Program-made: the position numbers and the translations under genes
In this document: positions 7,135 through 18,027 of the stretch, piece after piece
Layout: each line of letters starts with the position of its first letter
Position numbering within the stretch: the first letter of the stretch is position 1
The notes under the pieces: generated by a model
Database searches by the model: none
What the model saw: only the letters and a program-made list of their open reading frames with translations
What the model was told of the DNA's origin: nothing
Virus record (IMG/VR): IMGVR_UViG_3300029305_010407
Length of the DNA stretch: 20,468 nt
Direction: 5' to 3' (one strand)
Origin: a virus

Positions 7135-8061
7135 TTATGCCCTGAATGTACCTGTAATTATACGGTTAGGTGCATTCATTAAAACACCGACAGAAGACAA
7201 GATAAAGAGTTTTGTGTACATTGGAAGTTCGTCACGAATATCTTTCCTCATAAATTCAATTAACGGATAGAAATCATACATCTCACCGTCAGGACCTAAA
7301 GGTGCAACGGTTGTTCCTGTAGTCCTTGAGTATAACAATTTCATTCCTGGATTTATGTAGTCCATACCAATGTAGGTCTTATCGCCCATTTCAGAACCAC
7401 CATCACAGACAGCAGTTCCAAGAATATCTATATTGTCCACACCATAGTAGCTTTGAATATGTTCTACTGGTTCGACTTGTCTGTTAGAAGAGAATAAATC
7501 AGACTTTAATGTAGTGAGAGACTTATAGCTAACAGCCATACTATTTAAGTTGGTAAAGCTTCCTGCTGATTCTTTGAATTTCTCTTGAGCTTTAAGGATG
7601 GTCATACCAGTATCGTCACCAGATTCAAAATCATATTTCGCAACTTTGTTTGAATTGGTGATCATATCAATAGCTGCTTTTTCAATACTTCTTCCGATTA
7701 ATATGCCCACGTCTTGGAGCATATCATTAACGGAGATTAAATTGGAATCTAACATTTGTGCTGAAACGTTTAAGACACCACCAATAGTGTCAATGGAGAT
7801 TGTTTCACTGATTGGTTTTCTAACGTTTAATTCTTGAAGGGTTGCGCCCGGTGCAATGTCTTTGGCCTCACCAAGCACACCTTTTTGAATAGCTTCCTCA
7901 ATATTAACTCTCTGAGACATGTAAGTGTAATATTGGCTATTTTCTTCAATTTCTTGCTTTGGTAGTAATCTGGTGAATTTCATCCACTTTGCAGAAGTGT
8001 CTGCAACAATCTGTGCCATTACTTCATTTTGTACTTTAGCATCATTTCCTTTAGTTAACAT
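7135..8061 (-). CDS. HK97-fold major capsid/encapsulin-like shell protein, paralog 2
   Basis: 308 aa with an AGGAGG RBS. The pattern 'EAKDIAPGATLQEL...TISIDTIGGVLNVSAQMLDS...DMLQDVGILIGRSIEKAAIDMI' matches the E-loop, P-domain strand and spine helix order of HK97-fold proteins. Clear paralog of 8074..9012. Confidence 0.72.
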   Translation of the reverse strand: MLTKGNDAKVQNEVMAQIVADTSAKWMKFTRLLPKQEIEENSQYYTYMSQRVNIEEAIQKGVLGEAKDIAPGATLQELNVRKPISETISIDTIGGVLNVSAQMLDSNLISVNDMLQDVGILIGRSIEKAAIDMITNSNKVAKYDFESGDDTGMTILKAQEKFKESAGSFTNLNSMAVSYKSLTTLKSDLFSSNRQVEPVEHIQSYYGVDNIDILGTAVCDGGSEMGDKTYIGMDYINPGMKLLYSRTTGTTVAPLGPDGEMYDFYPLIEFMRKDIRDELPMYTKLFILSSVGVLMNAPNRIITGTFRA

Positions 8062-8073
8062 TAATATATCCTC

Positions 8074-9012
8074 CTAAGGTCTGCATGTACCTTTCAAAGC
8101 AAGACCAGGTTTATTTAATAATATTCCTACTTTACTTTGTATAAATAATTTGGTGTATTGAGGTAACTCATCGTATATGTCCTTACGCATGATTTCAATG
8201 ATAGGATAGAAGTCAGCGATGTTTTCATCACTTGTTATAGGTGCGGTAGTTGTACCGGATGATTTGGAGTATAATACAGTTAGGGGAGCGTTTCTTAAAT
8301 CGAAACCAATATATTCTTTATCACCTACAAGTGATCCACCGTCAGCTTGGGTTGTTCCTAAGAAATCAATGTTGTCAATACCATAATAGCTTTGGATATC
8401 TTCAACAGGTTGCACAAGTTTGTTATTCATGTACGCTAATTGCTTAACATATGATAATGTCTTATATGATTCAGCCATTATTGTTAAGTCTGCTCCGGCT
8501 CCAGCATTACCTTTGAATGCTTCCTGAGCTGCAATAACGAATTGGCCGAATGCTTCCATTGTGTCTTCAGTTTGAGTTGTGTTATATTGAGGAACTTGAT
8601 TTGAATTCATTAAGGTATCATATATATTAAATTCAATACGATTAGCAATTACAGTAGCTACATCACCTAATAAATCCTCGAATGAAACAATATCTGAATC
8701 GAAAACATCTTTGTTAACGTTTAAGACACCACCAACAGTATCTATTGAAATAGTGTCAGTGATTGGTTTTCTAATGTTAAGTTCTTGTAAGGATGCACCA
8801 GGAGCAATGTCCTTTGCCTCACCTAAAAGACCTTTGTTAATTGCCTCATCAAGATTAATGTTTTGTCTAAAGTAAGTATAGTAATCAGAGTTTTCTTTAA
8901 TCTCTTGTTTAGGAAATAATCTTGCTAACTTTAATCTTTTTGCGGTTTCATCAGTAATAGTTTGAGCTATTACCTCGTTTTGAACTTTAGTATCATTTCC
9001 TTTTGTTATCAT
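8074..9012 (-). CDS. HK97-fold major capsid/encapsulin-like shell protein, paralog 1
   Basis: 312 aa with a GGTGA RBS. 'GEAKDIAPGASLQELNIRKPITDTISIDTVGGVLNVNKDVFDSDIVSFEDLLGDVATVIANRIEFNIYDTL' shows the HK97-like E-loop/spine-helix pattern. No N-terminal scaffold (delta) extension. Confidence 0.72.
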   Translation of the reverse strand: MITKGNDTKVQNEVIAQTITDETAKRLKLARLFPKQEIKENSDYYTYFRQNINLDEAINKGLLGEAKDIAPGASLQELNIRKPITDTISIDTVGGVLNVNKDVFDSDIVSFEDLLGDVATVIANRIEFNIYDTLMNSNQVPQYNTTQTEDTMEAFGQFVIAAQEAFKGNAGAGADLTIMAESYKTLSYVKQLAYMNNKLVQPVEDIQSYYGIDNIDFLGTTQADGGSLVGDKEYIGFDLRNAPLTVLYSKSSGTTTAPITSDENIADFYPIIEIMRKDIYDELPQYTKLFIQSKVGILLNKPGLALKGTCRP

Positions 9013-9025
9013 TCATTATCACCAT

Positions 9026-9508
9026 CTATTCGGTTATATCGTAAGGTCTGAATACTTCAATGTAATTGTATGAGTCTGAGCTTTCAACAGGATGCATTGC
9101 AATATATTCACCATCATCAGATTTAATAGCTCCAGTAGATGTTAATGCAATTCTATCATTAACGGCAATGTTTGATAAACCACTAGCTAATTTTAATCTG
9201 AATAAATGGCCTAACACTAATATAGAAGTTTTTCTTCTACCTCCAGTCATAGTAACTGGATCATTAACTGCAATGCCTAAGATGATTTGTGAATCCTCAT
9301 CGGTGTATTTTTTAACAGTTGGTTTTCCGATATTGGAATTTTCTGATAATGTTACAGCATCATCAACTTTGATTTTTTCTCCAGAATACTCATATCCTGG
9401 TGTTTCTCCAGTTGGAGTTGTAACAGTAGTTTCAGTAATGTCACCTTCATCTAAAAGGAATGTGGTGACTTCCTTTCTTTCTTCAAGTAAAATAATTGAA
9501 TCTGCCAT
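9026..9508 (-). CDS. Putative capsid decoration/cement protein (beta-tulip-like)
   Basis: 160 aa, directly upstream of the capsid genes, with a GGAGG RBS. The pattern 'IKVDDAVTL...VKKYT...ILGIAVND...SILVLG...IAVNDRIALTSTGAIK' is typical of cement proteins encoded beside MCP genes. Confidence 0.6.
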   Translation of the reverse strand: MADSIILLEERKEVTTFLLDEGDITETTVTTPTGETPGYEYSGEKIKVDDAVTLSENSNIGKPTVKKYTDEDSQIILGIAVNDPVTMTGGRRKTSILVLGHLFRLKLASGLSNIAVNDRIALTSTGAIKSDDGEYIAMHPVESSDSYNYIEVFRPYDITE

Positions 9509-9556
9509 TAGATGTCCTCCACTTAAATTCTTTATTATGTAATTTATTATTTATGT

Positions 9557-9572
9557 TATATAAATATCTCTA
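9557..9572 (-). promoter_or_regulatory. Archaeal TATA box (TTTATATA) with BRE-like purines for the capsid operon
   Basis: The minus strand reads TAGAGATA-TTTATATA at 9572-9557, about 50 bp upstream of the 9508 start and leaving room for the GGAGG RBS. Confidence 0.55.
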
Positions 9573-9603
9573 TATAATAGCTACTTTTTTAAAAGAGATG
9601 TGG

Positions 9604-9623
9604 ACATTAACATTAACATTAAT
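9604..9623. repeat. Tandem ACATTA x3 hexamer box
   Basis: ACATTAACATTAACATTAATG. Related tandem boxes occur at 1337-1348, 4527-4546, 6231-6245, 6354-6370 and 6891-6900, all intergenic. Confidence 0.6.
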
Positions 9624-9877
9624 GATTTCAGAATAAGGATAAAAATATGAAATAGTTCTTTATTAAAGGATAGAATAGAAATAAGCCAAAAATAGTTGTT
9701 AAGGATTATTGTGAAGTTTCAGGTGACTTATTTCTATATTGAAAACAATATATGGAGTGATATTTTTGTCTTCAATATAATATTAGTTTCTTGTATTATA
9801 TATAAATGAATTATAATAAAACATTTTATTTATAATGGACATAAATTAATAACAATTAATGTGTTTAGGGATTTTTT

Positions 9878-12100
9878 ATGAAGTTAACAGATAATCAAAA
9901 AAGAGAAATTATCCAAATGATTGAGGATGATGAGTCTTTACCTGATGAATATAGATTCAAACTTTTTGATAGTAATAGGAAAGTTGAATTAATTTGGGAT
10001 GGAAAAACTAATGAAAAGTCAAACGTTGTTTTACCTTTTCAAACAATAGAATGTATTGATGAACCTAGAAAGACAGGAACAACATCTTTTAAACAATCCG
10101 ATTTGTTTAACTTTGATGTTGACCAAAGAGGCAGACAGATTCAAGGATGGTCTAATAAATTAATCTGGGGAGACAATAAATTAATTTTAAGTAGTCTTAA
10201 AAATGGTCCATTAAGACAAGAGATTGAATCTCAAGGTGGATTAAAACTTATTTATATTGATCCTCCCTTTGATGTTGGTGCAGACTTTTCAATGGATATT
10301 GAAATTGGCGATGAATCAATAACTAAAAAACAAAATGTTTTAGAAGAAATTGCTTATAGAGATACATGGGGAAATGGTTCTGATAGTTTTATTGCAATGA
10401 TTTATGAGAGAATTTCTTTAATGAGAGATTTATTAGCAGATGATGGTTCTATTTTTATTCATTGCGACTGGAGAGTTAATGCATATTTAAGGTTAGTTTT
10501 GGATGAAATATTCGGGAAAGAATTCTTTTCTAACGAATTTATTTGGAAAAGAAAAACAAGCTCTTCAGGAAAAACAAGAATCTCAAATTCACATGATACT
10601 ATTTTATATTATACTAAAAGTAAAAATGTGATTTTCAATCCTGTATATAAGGAATATGATGAAGAATATATTAAAAAACAATTTAAAGAAGATGCAGATG
10701 GTCGTTTATATAGAAGACACGATGTCGTTGCAAATCCTGCATTAGGAGGTAATTCTCCAAAATATGAATATAAAGGATATATTCCTGAAACCAGATGGTT
10801 AATGACAAAAGATAAACTAATTAAATTAGATGAAGAAGGTAAATTGGAATGGTCTTCAACTGGAAGGCCATATAGAAAACAATATCTTGATGAATCTGAA
10901 GGACAATTAATTAATGATGTTTGGGATGATATTTCTGTAGTTTCAGGTAACGAAAAAGTTGGATATCCTACCCAAAAGCCAGAAACATTAGTTGAAAGGA
11001 TTATAAAGATGGCTTCAAATGAAAATGATATAATTGCTGACTTTTTCTGTGGTTCTGGAACAACATTAGCTGTTGCAGAAAAACTTGGTAGAAAATGGAT
11101 TGGTTCAGATTTAGGTAAATTTTCAATACATACTACACGAAAAAGAATGATTAAGATTCAAAGAGAATTAAAAGATTCTGGAAAAGATTATAGATCATTT
11201 GAAATTTTGAATCTTGGAAAGTATGAAAGACAATATTATATGGATATTAATTCTGAAGCACTTGACGAAAATCAAGAAAAAATATTAGCTCAAAAAGAAA
11301 AACAATTTACTTCCCTAATCTTATCTGCATATAAGGCAGAACCTATTAAAGGATTTAATACTCTTAAAGGTAATAAATTAGGTAGATTTGTTTCTATTGG
11401 CCCTATTGATATGCCTGTTTCAAGATTGTTTGTTGAAGAGGTTATTAATGAATGTATTGAAAAGAAATTAACAAAAGTTGATATCTTAGGTTTTGAATTT
11501 GAAATGGGGTTATTCCCAGATGTTCAAGATTATGCAAAAGATAAATCTATTGATTTAAGTTTAAAGTACATTCCTAAGGATGTTTTTGATAAGAGAGCTA
11601 TTGAAAAAGACCAAGTGAAATTCTATGACGTCTCATATATTGATGTAGAATATGAATTAGAAAATAATAATATTTCTATTGAATTAACAGATTTCGCTGT
11701 TTTCTATAATCAAGATGAAAATAAAAAACCTACAGCTAGAGGTGTTTTAAAGATAGTTAATGGTAATTTAGTTAAAGAAAAGAAAGTAAAAGGACAAGAA
11801 GAACCTAGGCGTGAGACCATTACAAATCATTGGACAGATTGGATAGATTATTGGTCTATTGATTTTGATTATGAAAGTAAAAAAGAAATTATTAGAATTA
11901 ATGATGAGGAAGAATGGACTGGAAAATATATTTTTGAAAATGAATGGCAAAGTTTCAGAACAAAAAGTGATAGGACATTATTATTAAAATCTCCTCCTTA
12001 CCCTATACAAAAAGGTAAAACAAAAATAGCTATAAAAGTTGTTGATATATTTGGTAATGATACTATGAAAATAATTGAAGTTAATAATGGAGGGAAATAA
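9878..12100 (+). CDS. mod: Type III restriction-modification methyltransferase (beta-class amino-MTase)
   Basis: Catalytic motif IV 'LIYIDPPF' precedes SAM-binding motif I 'DFFCGSGTT'; '[14 protein letters not shown]'. The stop overlaps the res start (TAATG). Confidence 0.92.
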   Translation: MKLTDNQKREIIQMIEDDESLPDEYRFKLFDSNRKVELIWDGKTNEKSNVVLPFQTIECIDEPRKTGTTSFKQSDLFNFDVDQRGRQIQGWSNKLIWGDNKLILSSLKNGPLRQEIESQGGLKLIYIDPPFDVGADFSMDIEIGDESITKKQNVLEEIAYRDTWGNGSDSFIAMIYERISLMRDLLADDGSIFIHCDWRVNAYLRLVLDEIFGKEFFSNEFIWKRKTSSSGKTRISNSHDTILYYTKSKNVIFNPVYKEYDEEYIKKQFKEDADGRLYRRHDVVANPALGGNSPKYEYKGYIPETRWLMTKDKLIKLDEEGKLEWSSTGRPYRKQYLDESEGQLINDVWDDISVVSGNEKVGYPTQKPETLVERIIKMASNENDIIADFFCGSGTTLAVAEKLGRKWIGSDLGKFSIHTTRKRMIKIQRELKDSGKDYRSFEILNLGKYERQYYMDINSEALDENQEKILAQKEKQFTSLILSAYKAEPIKGFNTLKGNKLGRFVSIGPIDMPVSRLFVEEVINECIEKKLTKVDILGFEFEMGLFPDVQDYAKDKSIDLSLKYIPKDVFDKRAIEKDQVKFYDVSYIDVEYELENNNISIELTDFAVFYNQDENKKPTARGVLKIVNGNLVKEKKVKGQEEPRRETITNHWTDWIDYWSIDFDYESKKEIIRINDEEEWTGKYIFENEWQSFRTKSDRTLLLKSPPYPIQKGKTKIAIKVVDIFGNDTMKIIEVNNGGK

Positions 12101-14784
12101 TGGCACTTCCAATTGATTTTCCAAGTTCTCCATATGAAGTCTTAGATCCAGATAATAGATGGTTTCCAGATGCAAAAACTGTTGAAAAAAATTTCAATCT
12201 TATTCCTCCATTGGTAGATAAAATTAGACGTGATGTTAAAGAATGGAGAGACAATGATTATGAAGGTGCAAGTGAAACTACTAAATCCTTACTTCATTTC
12301 TGGTTTGAAGAAGAACATTTTATTGAAAATGTAAATAACGATCCTTTTGAATTTAAATATTACTTTGCTCAAAGAGAATCTGTTGAAACAATTATATATC
12401 TTCATGAAATAGCTAATGTTGAAGATAAACATGATTTATTGAAATATGATAGCTCAGGAATTATTAAAGCTGAAGATTTTCCTGAGTCATGGGCTCGTTT
12501 TGTAGTTAAGATGGCGACTGGTAGTGGAAAAACAAAAGTTTTAAGTTTAATTTTAGTCTGGTCGTTTTTCCATAAAACTTATGAAAATAATTCAGATTTA
12601 TCTAGAAATTTTTTAGTTATTACTCCAAACATTATTGTGCTGGATAGAATCCGTTCTGATTTTGAAGGTCTTAAAACATTCTTTTTAGACCCAATGGTTC
12701 CTGAAGATGGGTATCATAGTAGGAACTGGAAAACTGATTTTCAATTAGATGTTCATATTCAAGATAATGTAAATCAAATAAATAAAACAGGAAATATCTT
12801 TTTAACAAATATTCATAGAGTTTATGATAGTAAGTATACTGAACCATCATTTGAAGATGAGGATACAACAGGTTATTTCTTAGGTAAGAAAGCAAAAGAT
12901 GTTAAAGAAGACCATGTTGATTTAGGAGATATTGTAAGAGATATTGATGAGTTAATGATTTTAAATGATGAGGCACATCATATCCATGATAGTAAATTAC
13001 AGTGGTTTAAATCAATTGAAGATATCCATTATAACCTTAAACAAAAAGGAAATAAGTTATCTATGCAAGTTGATTTCACCGCTACCCCTAAAGATACAAA
13101 AGGTTTTATTTTTCCACAAACTGTTTCTGATTATCCATTAGTTGAAGCAATTCATCAAAATATTGTAAAACAACCTTTCATTCCAGATGATGAAAGTAGA
13201 GAAAATATGAAAGAAGTTGAATCAGTTAAAGTTGAAGAAAGATATGCAGAGTATCTTCATGTGGGTTATCATGAATGGAAAAAAGCTTATGATGAACATA
13301 TTGGTTTAGGTAAAAAAGCAGTTCTTTTTATAATGGTTGAAGATACTAAAAAATGTGATGCTGTTGCAGAATATCTTGAAAGAACCTATCCTGAATTTGA
13401 AGATTCAGTTTTAACTATTCATACTAATGCAAAGGGCGATTTAAAAGATGGAACAAGTAAGAAAGCTAAAGAAGAATTAGAGATACTTAGAAAAGCAGCT
13501 AATGAAATTGATAGTTTAGATAGTCCATATAAAGTTATTGTTTCTGTATTGGTATTAAAAGAAGGATGGGATGTTAAAAATGTGACAACAATTGTTGGTT
13601 TGAGATCTTTTACTTCTAAATCAAAAATCCTTCCTGAACAAACTTTGGGAAGAGGTTTAAGAAAAATGTATCGAAATACTGAAGAAAGACTCATGATAAT
13701 TGGAACTGAGGCATTTATGGAATTTATTGAATCTATTAAAAGTGAGGGGGTTAAATTGGGTAAAACTCATATCGGTCCTACTGGGCCAGCACATGCAATG
13801 CGTATTGAGGTTGATTTAGATAATGAAAATAAAGATATTGATGAATTAGATATTTTAATCCCAGTATTGGAGCCTTCATTTTATAAAGATTATATTAAAC
13901 TTAAACAGATGGATGTTAGCAAATTTAATGTAAATAAGTTTGAGATAATTAATTTCGGTGAAGATAAACTTAAAGAAATTAATTTTGTCCACATTATTGA
14001 CGATGATAAAAGAGAAACATTAACATTAAAAGATGGCAACACTATCAACTATAGATCAATGCTCAAATATTACGCTGGAGTTATATTAAAAGAAACAAAG
14101 TTGGTTTCAGGTAATGCAACAGTTTATGGTAAATTAAAAGACTTTATTTCAAATTATTTATTTGAAGAGCCTGTTGATTTAGAAGATCCTAATATTATCA
14201 AAAATGTTTCCAGGAGAGAAGTTTCTAAAACAATTCTTGATACATTCATATATTATGTAAACAATATCACTACCTCTATTGTTTCAGAACCAAAAATAAT
14301 GACTTGGAATTCCGTAGCTGATACAAATCCATTTATTGTTAAAGAACAAGGATATGTTGTACCTCAAAAGTCTGTTTTTAATAAAATTATTGGAGATAGT
14401 GGTTTTGAATTAAGTTTTGCTGAAAAATTAGAATGGTGCAGTGATATTGTTTCTTATACAAAAAATTATCTGGCAGTTCAATATCATATTCAGTATCAAG
14501 ATAGAAATGGAAAAATTTCAAAATATTATCCTGATTTCTTAGTTAAGACCTCTGATACTAAAATATATGTAATTGAAACAAAAGGTAATGCTGATTTGGA
14601 TGTTCCATTAAAACTTGCTCGATTGAAAGAATGGTGTAGTGATGTGAACTCTCAACAAAATCAGATTACATATATCCCATTATATGTTGAACAAGAGAAA
14701 TATGAAAAACAACCAATTAATTCTTTCAATGAGTTAATTAGATTGTTTGAACATGAATTAGATTTCATGATTAATAAGGATTAA
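12100..14784 (+). CDS. res: Type III restriction endonuclease subunit (SF2 helicase-like ATPase plus PD-(D/E)xK nuclease)
   Basis: Walker A 'KMATGSGKT', Walker B 'DEAHH', 'FTATP', 'LKEGWDV', motif VI 'EQTLGRGLR', and C-terminal 'YYPDFLV...VIETKG'. Translationally coupled to mod. Confidence 0.92.
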   Translation: MALPIDFPSSPYEVLDPDNRWFPDAKTVEKNFNLIPPLVDKIRRDVKEWRDNDYEGASETTKSLLHFWFEEEHFIENVNNDPFEFKYYFAQRESVETIIYLHEIANVEDKHDLLKYDSSGIIKAEDFPESWARFVVKMATGSGKTKVLSLILVWSFFHKTYENNSDLSRNFLVITPNIIVLDRIRSDFEGLKTFFLDPMVPEDGYHSRNWKTDFQLDVHIQDNVNQINKTGNIFLTNIHRVYDSKYTEPSFEDEDTTGYFLGKKAKDVKEDHVDLGDIVRDIDELMILNDEAHHIHDSKLQWFKSIEDIHYNLKQKGNKLSMQVDFTATPKDTKGFIFPQTVSDYPLVEAIHQNIVKQPFIPDDESRENMKEVESVKVEERYAEYLHVGYHEWKKAYDEHIGLGKKAVLFIMVEDTKKCDAVAEYLERTYPEFEDSVLTIHTNAKGDLKDGTSKKAKEELEILRKAANEIDSLDSPYKVIVSVLVLKEGWDVKNVTTIVGLRSFTSKSKILPEQTLGRGLRKMYRNTEERLMIIGTEAFMEFIESIKSEGVKLGKTHIGPTGPAHAMRIEVDLDNENKDIDELDILIPVLEPSFYKDYIKLKQMDVSKFNVNKFEIINFGEDKLKEINFVHIIDDDKRETLTLKDGNTINYRSMLKYYAGVILKETKLVSGNATVYGKLKDFISNYLFEEPVDLEDPNIIKNVSRREVSKTILDTFIYYVNNITTSIVSEPKIMTWNSVADTNPFIVKEQGYVVPQKSVFNKIIGDSGFELSFAEKLEWCSDIVSYTKNYLAVQYHIQYQDRNGKISKYYPDFLVKTSDTKIYVIETKGNADLDVPLKLARLKEWCSDVNSQQNQITYIPLYVEQEKYEKQPINSFNELIRLFEHELDFMINKD

Positions 14785-14808
14785 GTTATTATTCTTAAAA
14801 CTAATTCA

Positions 14809-15762
14809 TTATCTTATTATCTCAGCAATATGATAGTTATAGGCAAAATATAGTAAGTATTTAGCATGAGTAATATCTTGATGGATGTCGCTAGCATTTG
14901 AAGTTAAATAACATGTAGTATGCTCATTATTTGCAACATACCCTACTTTAACGTTATTTAAATAAACTGCAATAGCATCACTATCAAATTCATTATCTTT
15001 TTCTTTTTTTAATAATAATTCCATTCCTTTTTTAAATTTGTGATTGCCGTGAAAACGAGTTCCAGTAATGGTGATTAAGTTCTTTTTACCGATAGCGATT
15101 AAAAGTTCTTCTTTTTCTTCATAATCGCTTTCATCAGATATGGTTGATTTTTTATTAATTATTTCATTCTTTAATTTAATTGAATAATCAATTCTATCTT
15201 TCAGGTTAGAAATCCTTTCGTTTTTCTTAGTTAATAATGAATTTAAATATGCATCTGAAGGAGGATCCCATCTTTGTTCTTTATGAAAATTTATTGTCCA
15301 AGCATAATCTTTATTAATAATATTAATAGCTTCTTTATACGATTTAATAGCTTCCTCGAATCTATTTAATTCATTTAATGTATCGCCTATCCATTCAAAT
15401 ATAATATAATTATCAATTCCTTGATAAGGTGCTATTGACTGCTTGAAAAGAGGTAGTGCTTCCTCATACATTCCAGCATAGTAATATGCCTTTGCTTTAG
15501 CCATAATATAAAAACTAGATTTAGATGTTTCAAGTGCTTTGTCAATATATTCAATAGATTCTAAATACTTTCCGTCATCCATTAATTTCTTTGCTTCTTG
15601 GTAATAACCATTACAAAGTTTTCTTTTTTCTTTTTGTTGTTTCTCAAATTCTGTTGGTTCTTTTTCTTTTTCAGGTTCTGAGTTATAACCAAAAGTAGTC
15701 CCACAACTACAAATGTTAGTTCCTGGAGAAACATAACTTCCACAATTTGGACAGAATGGCAT
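14809..15762 (-). CDS. Zinc-ribbon - TPR - HIRAN domain protein
   Basis: N-terminal 'CPNCG...ICSCG'; TPR-like helices 'YYQEAKKLMDDGKYLESIEYIDKAL', 'KAKAYYYAGMYEEALPLFKQSI' and 'IGDTLNELNRFEEAIKSYKEAI'; C-terminal HIRAN signature 'ITGTRFH...LLLKKEKDNEFDSDAIAVY...VGYVAN'. Confidence 0.8.
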   Translation of the reverse strand: MPFCPNCGSYVSPGTNICSCGTTFGYNSEPEKEKEPTEFEKQQKEKRKLCNGYYQEAKKLMDDGKYLESIEYIDKALETSKSSFYIMAKAKAYYYAGMYEEALPLFKQSIAPYQGIDNYIIFEWIGDTLNELNRFEEAIKSYKEAINIINKDYAWTINFHKEQRWDPPSDAYLNSLLTKKNERISNLKDRIDYSIKLKNEIINKKSTISDESDYEEKEELLIAIGKKNLITITGTRFHGNHKFKKGMELLLKKEKDNEFDSDAIAVYLNNVKVGYVANNEHTTCYLTSNASDIHQDITHAKYLLYFAYNYHIAEIIR

Positions 15763-15787
15763 TATACCTCCTCATTAAAAAAAGAAA

Positions 15788-16069
15788 TTATTCATCAGTG
15801 AGATTTTTAACTACATCCACACCTTTATCCGTATGTCTATACAATCTACCTTTTCTAACTTCCGGATTAATACACTCTACTAATTCATGAGCTTTTAATT
15901 CAGATAGAACTTTGGAAATATGATTTTGTCTAATGTCAGCATCTTTTGCAATCTGAGAAGGCATCTTAACATCCTCCTCTAATGATTTCATTACCTTTAA
16001 CCGATAGCTTGAGATTTTAACATAACTAATCTCTTTCAGCATCTCGTCCGATAATTCCACATTTACCAC
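15788..16069 (-). CDS. Small winged-helix transcriptional regulator (ArsR/MarR-like archaeal type)
   Basis: 'SSYRLKVMKSL...MPSQIAKDADIRQNHISKVLSELKAHELVECIN...KGRLYRHTDKG' shows an HTH followed by a wing with the YxxTxxG motif. Confidence 0.85.
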   Translation of the reverse strand: MVNVELSDEMLKEISYVKISSYRLKVMKSLEEDVKMPSQIAKDADIRQNHISKVLSELKAHELVECINPEVRKGRLYRHTDKGVDVVKNLTDE

Positions 16070-16076
16070 CCCTTAA

Positions 16077-16098
16077 TATTATATTAACTTCTATTATA

Positions 16099-16106
<8 letters not shown>
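16077..16106. repeat. Perfect 15-bp tandem duplication
   Basis: TATTATATTAACTTC at 16077-16091 and 16092-16106, overlapping the stop codon of the collagen-like gene. Confidence 0.85.
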
Positions 16107-17373
<1,267 letters not shown>

Positions 17374-17390
17374 ATTCTCACATTATCTTT

Positions 17391-18014
17391 TTAATCATCA
17401 AATATTTCCATGTCAATATCTCTAAATCTGTTATTGGCCCTATTGGCCATAAATCCCATTTGAATAGGTTCCTGAAAACTATAAGCTGAAGAGGTTCCAG
17501 AGTTACTTCCGCTTCTTATAGTTAATAATCCATTATCCCATTCAAATTCAATATCTACCCATTTGTTATATCCTAAATTTGTTAGTCTAGCTGTACTGCC
17601 ACTGCCGGCATCATAACTTGCTGAATACCTTGCGACTTCAGTTCCGTTCAAATAGAATCTTAACCATTCCCATCTGTCTGTTGGATAGTAAGTGCATGAG
17701 AACTTGAAATGATTTGGAAGTTTATCTTTCAGTGTAACTATGCTGCCGCTGGATGGTAATAATACATCATAATAATCATACGTACCATAGGTTAATGTTC
17801 CAGAACTCCAACTATATCTTAAACTAGGATCATCAGATGTATCACAATAATCAAACCAATATTCTTTCCATCCTCTTTCGAATTTATTAATTAATGTAAT
17901 AAGATCATCAAAGGAATAGTAAGGAAAGCCGTTACCATCCATTTTACTTCTCATTAATGATATTGCGGTTCCTAATCTGGTATTGATTTCAATTACATTG
18001 CTTGCAATAGTCAT
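17391..18014 (-). CDS. Putative receptor-binding/fibre-tip protein (shared N-terminal anchor plus lectin-like beta-sandwich head)
   Basis: The N-terminal ~45 aa are homologous to those of 19164..19916 and 18028..19167. The aromatic-rich beta C-terminal domain has a ConA/LamG-like 'NKWVDIEFEWDNGLLTI' pattern. Confidence 0.6.
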   Translation of the reverse strand: MTIASNVIEINTRLGTAISLMRSKMDGNGFPYYSFDDLITLINKFERGWKEYWFDYCDTSDDPSLRYSWSSGTLTYGTYDYYDVLLPSSGSIVTLKDKLPNHFKFSCTYYPTDRWEWLRFYLNGTEVARYSASYDAGSGSTARLTNLGYNKWVDIEFEWDNGLLTIRSGSNSGTSSAYSFQEPIQMGFMANRANNRFRDIDMEIFDD

Positions 18015-18027
18015 ATTATCACATTGT

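Noticed and set aside
9878-12100. Phase-variable (phasevarion-type) mod gene
   Set aside because: No simple-sequence repeat tract beyond short A/T runs in the ORF or promoter.
361-13694. Other short overlapping ORFs (361..636, 752..1021, 1436..1621, 7598..7837, 8250..8447, 9066..9542, 11768..11950, 11984..12175, 12671..12895, 13419..13694)
   Set aside because: They lie antisense to well-supported genes and lack RBSs or recognisable motifs.
2638-14784. TTGCAA as the target of the type III R-M system
   Set aside because: Type III enzymes recognise asymmetric sites, whereas TTGCAA is palindromic, and nothing in the sequence links the two.
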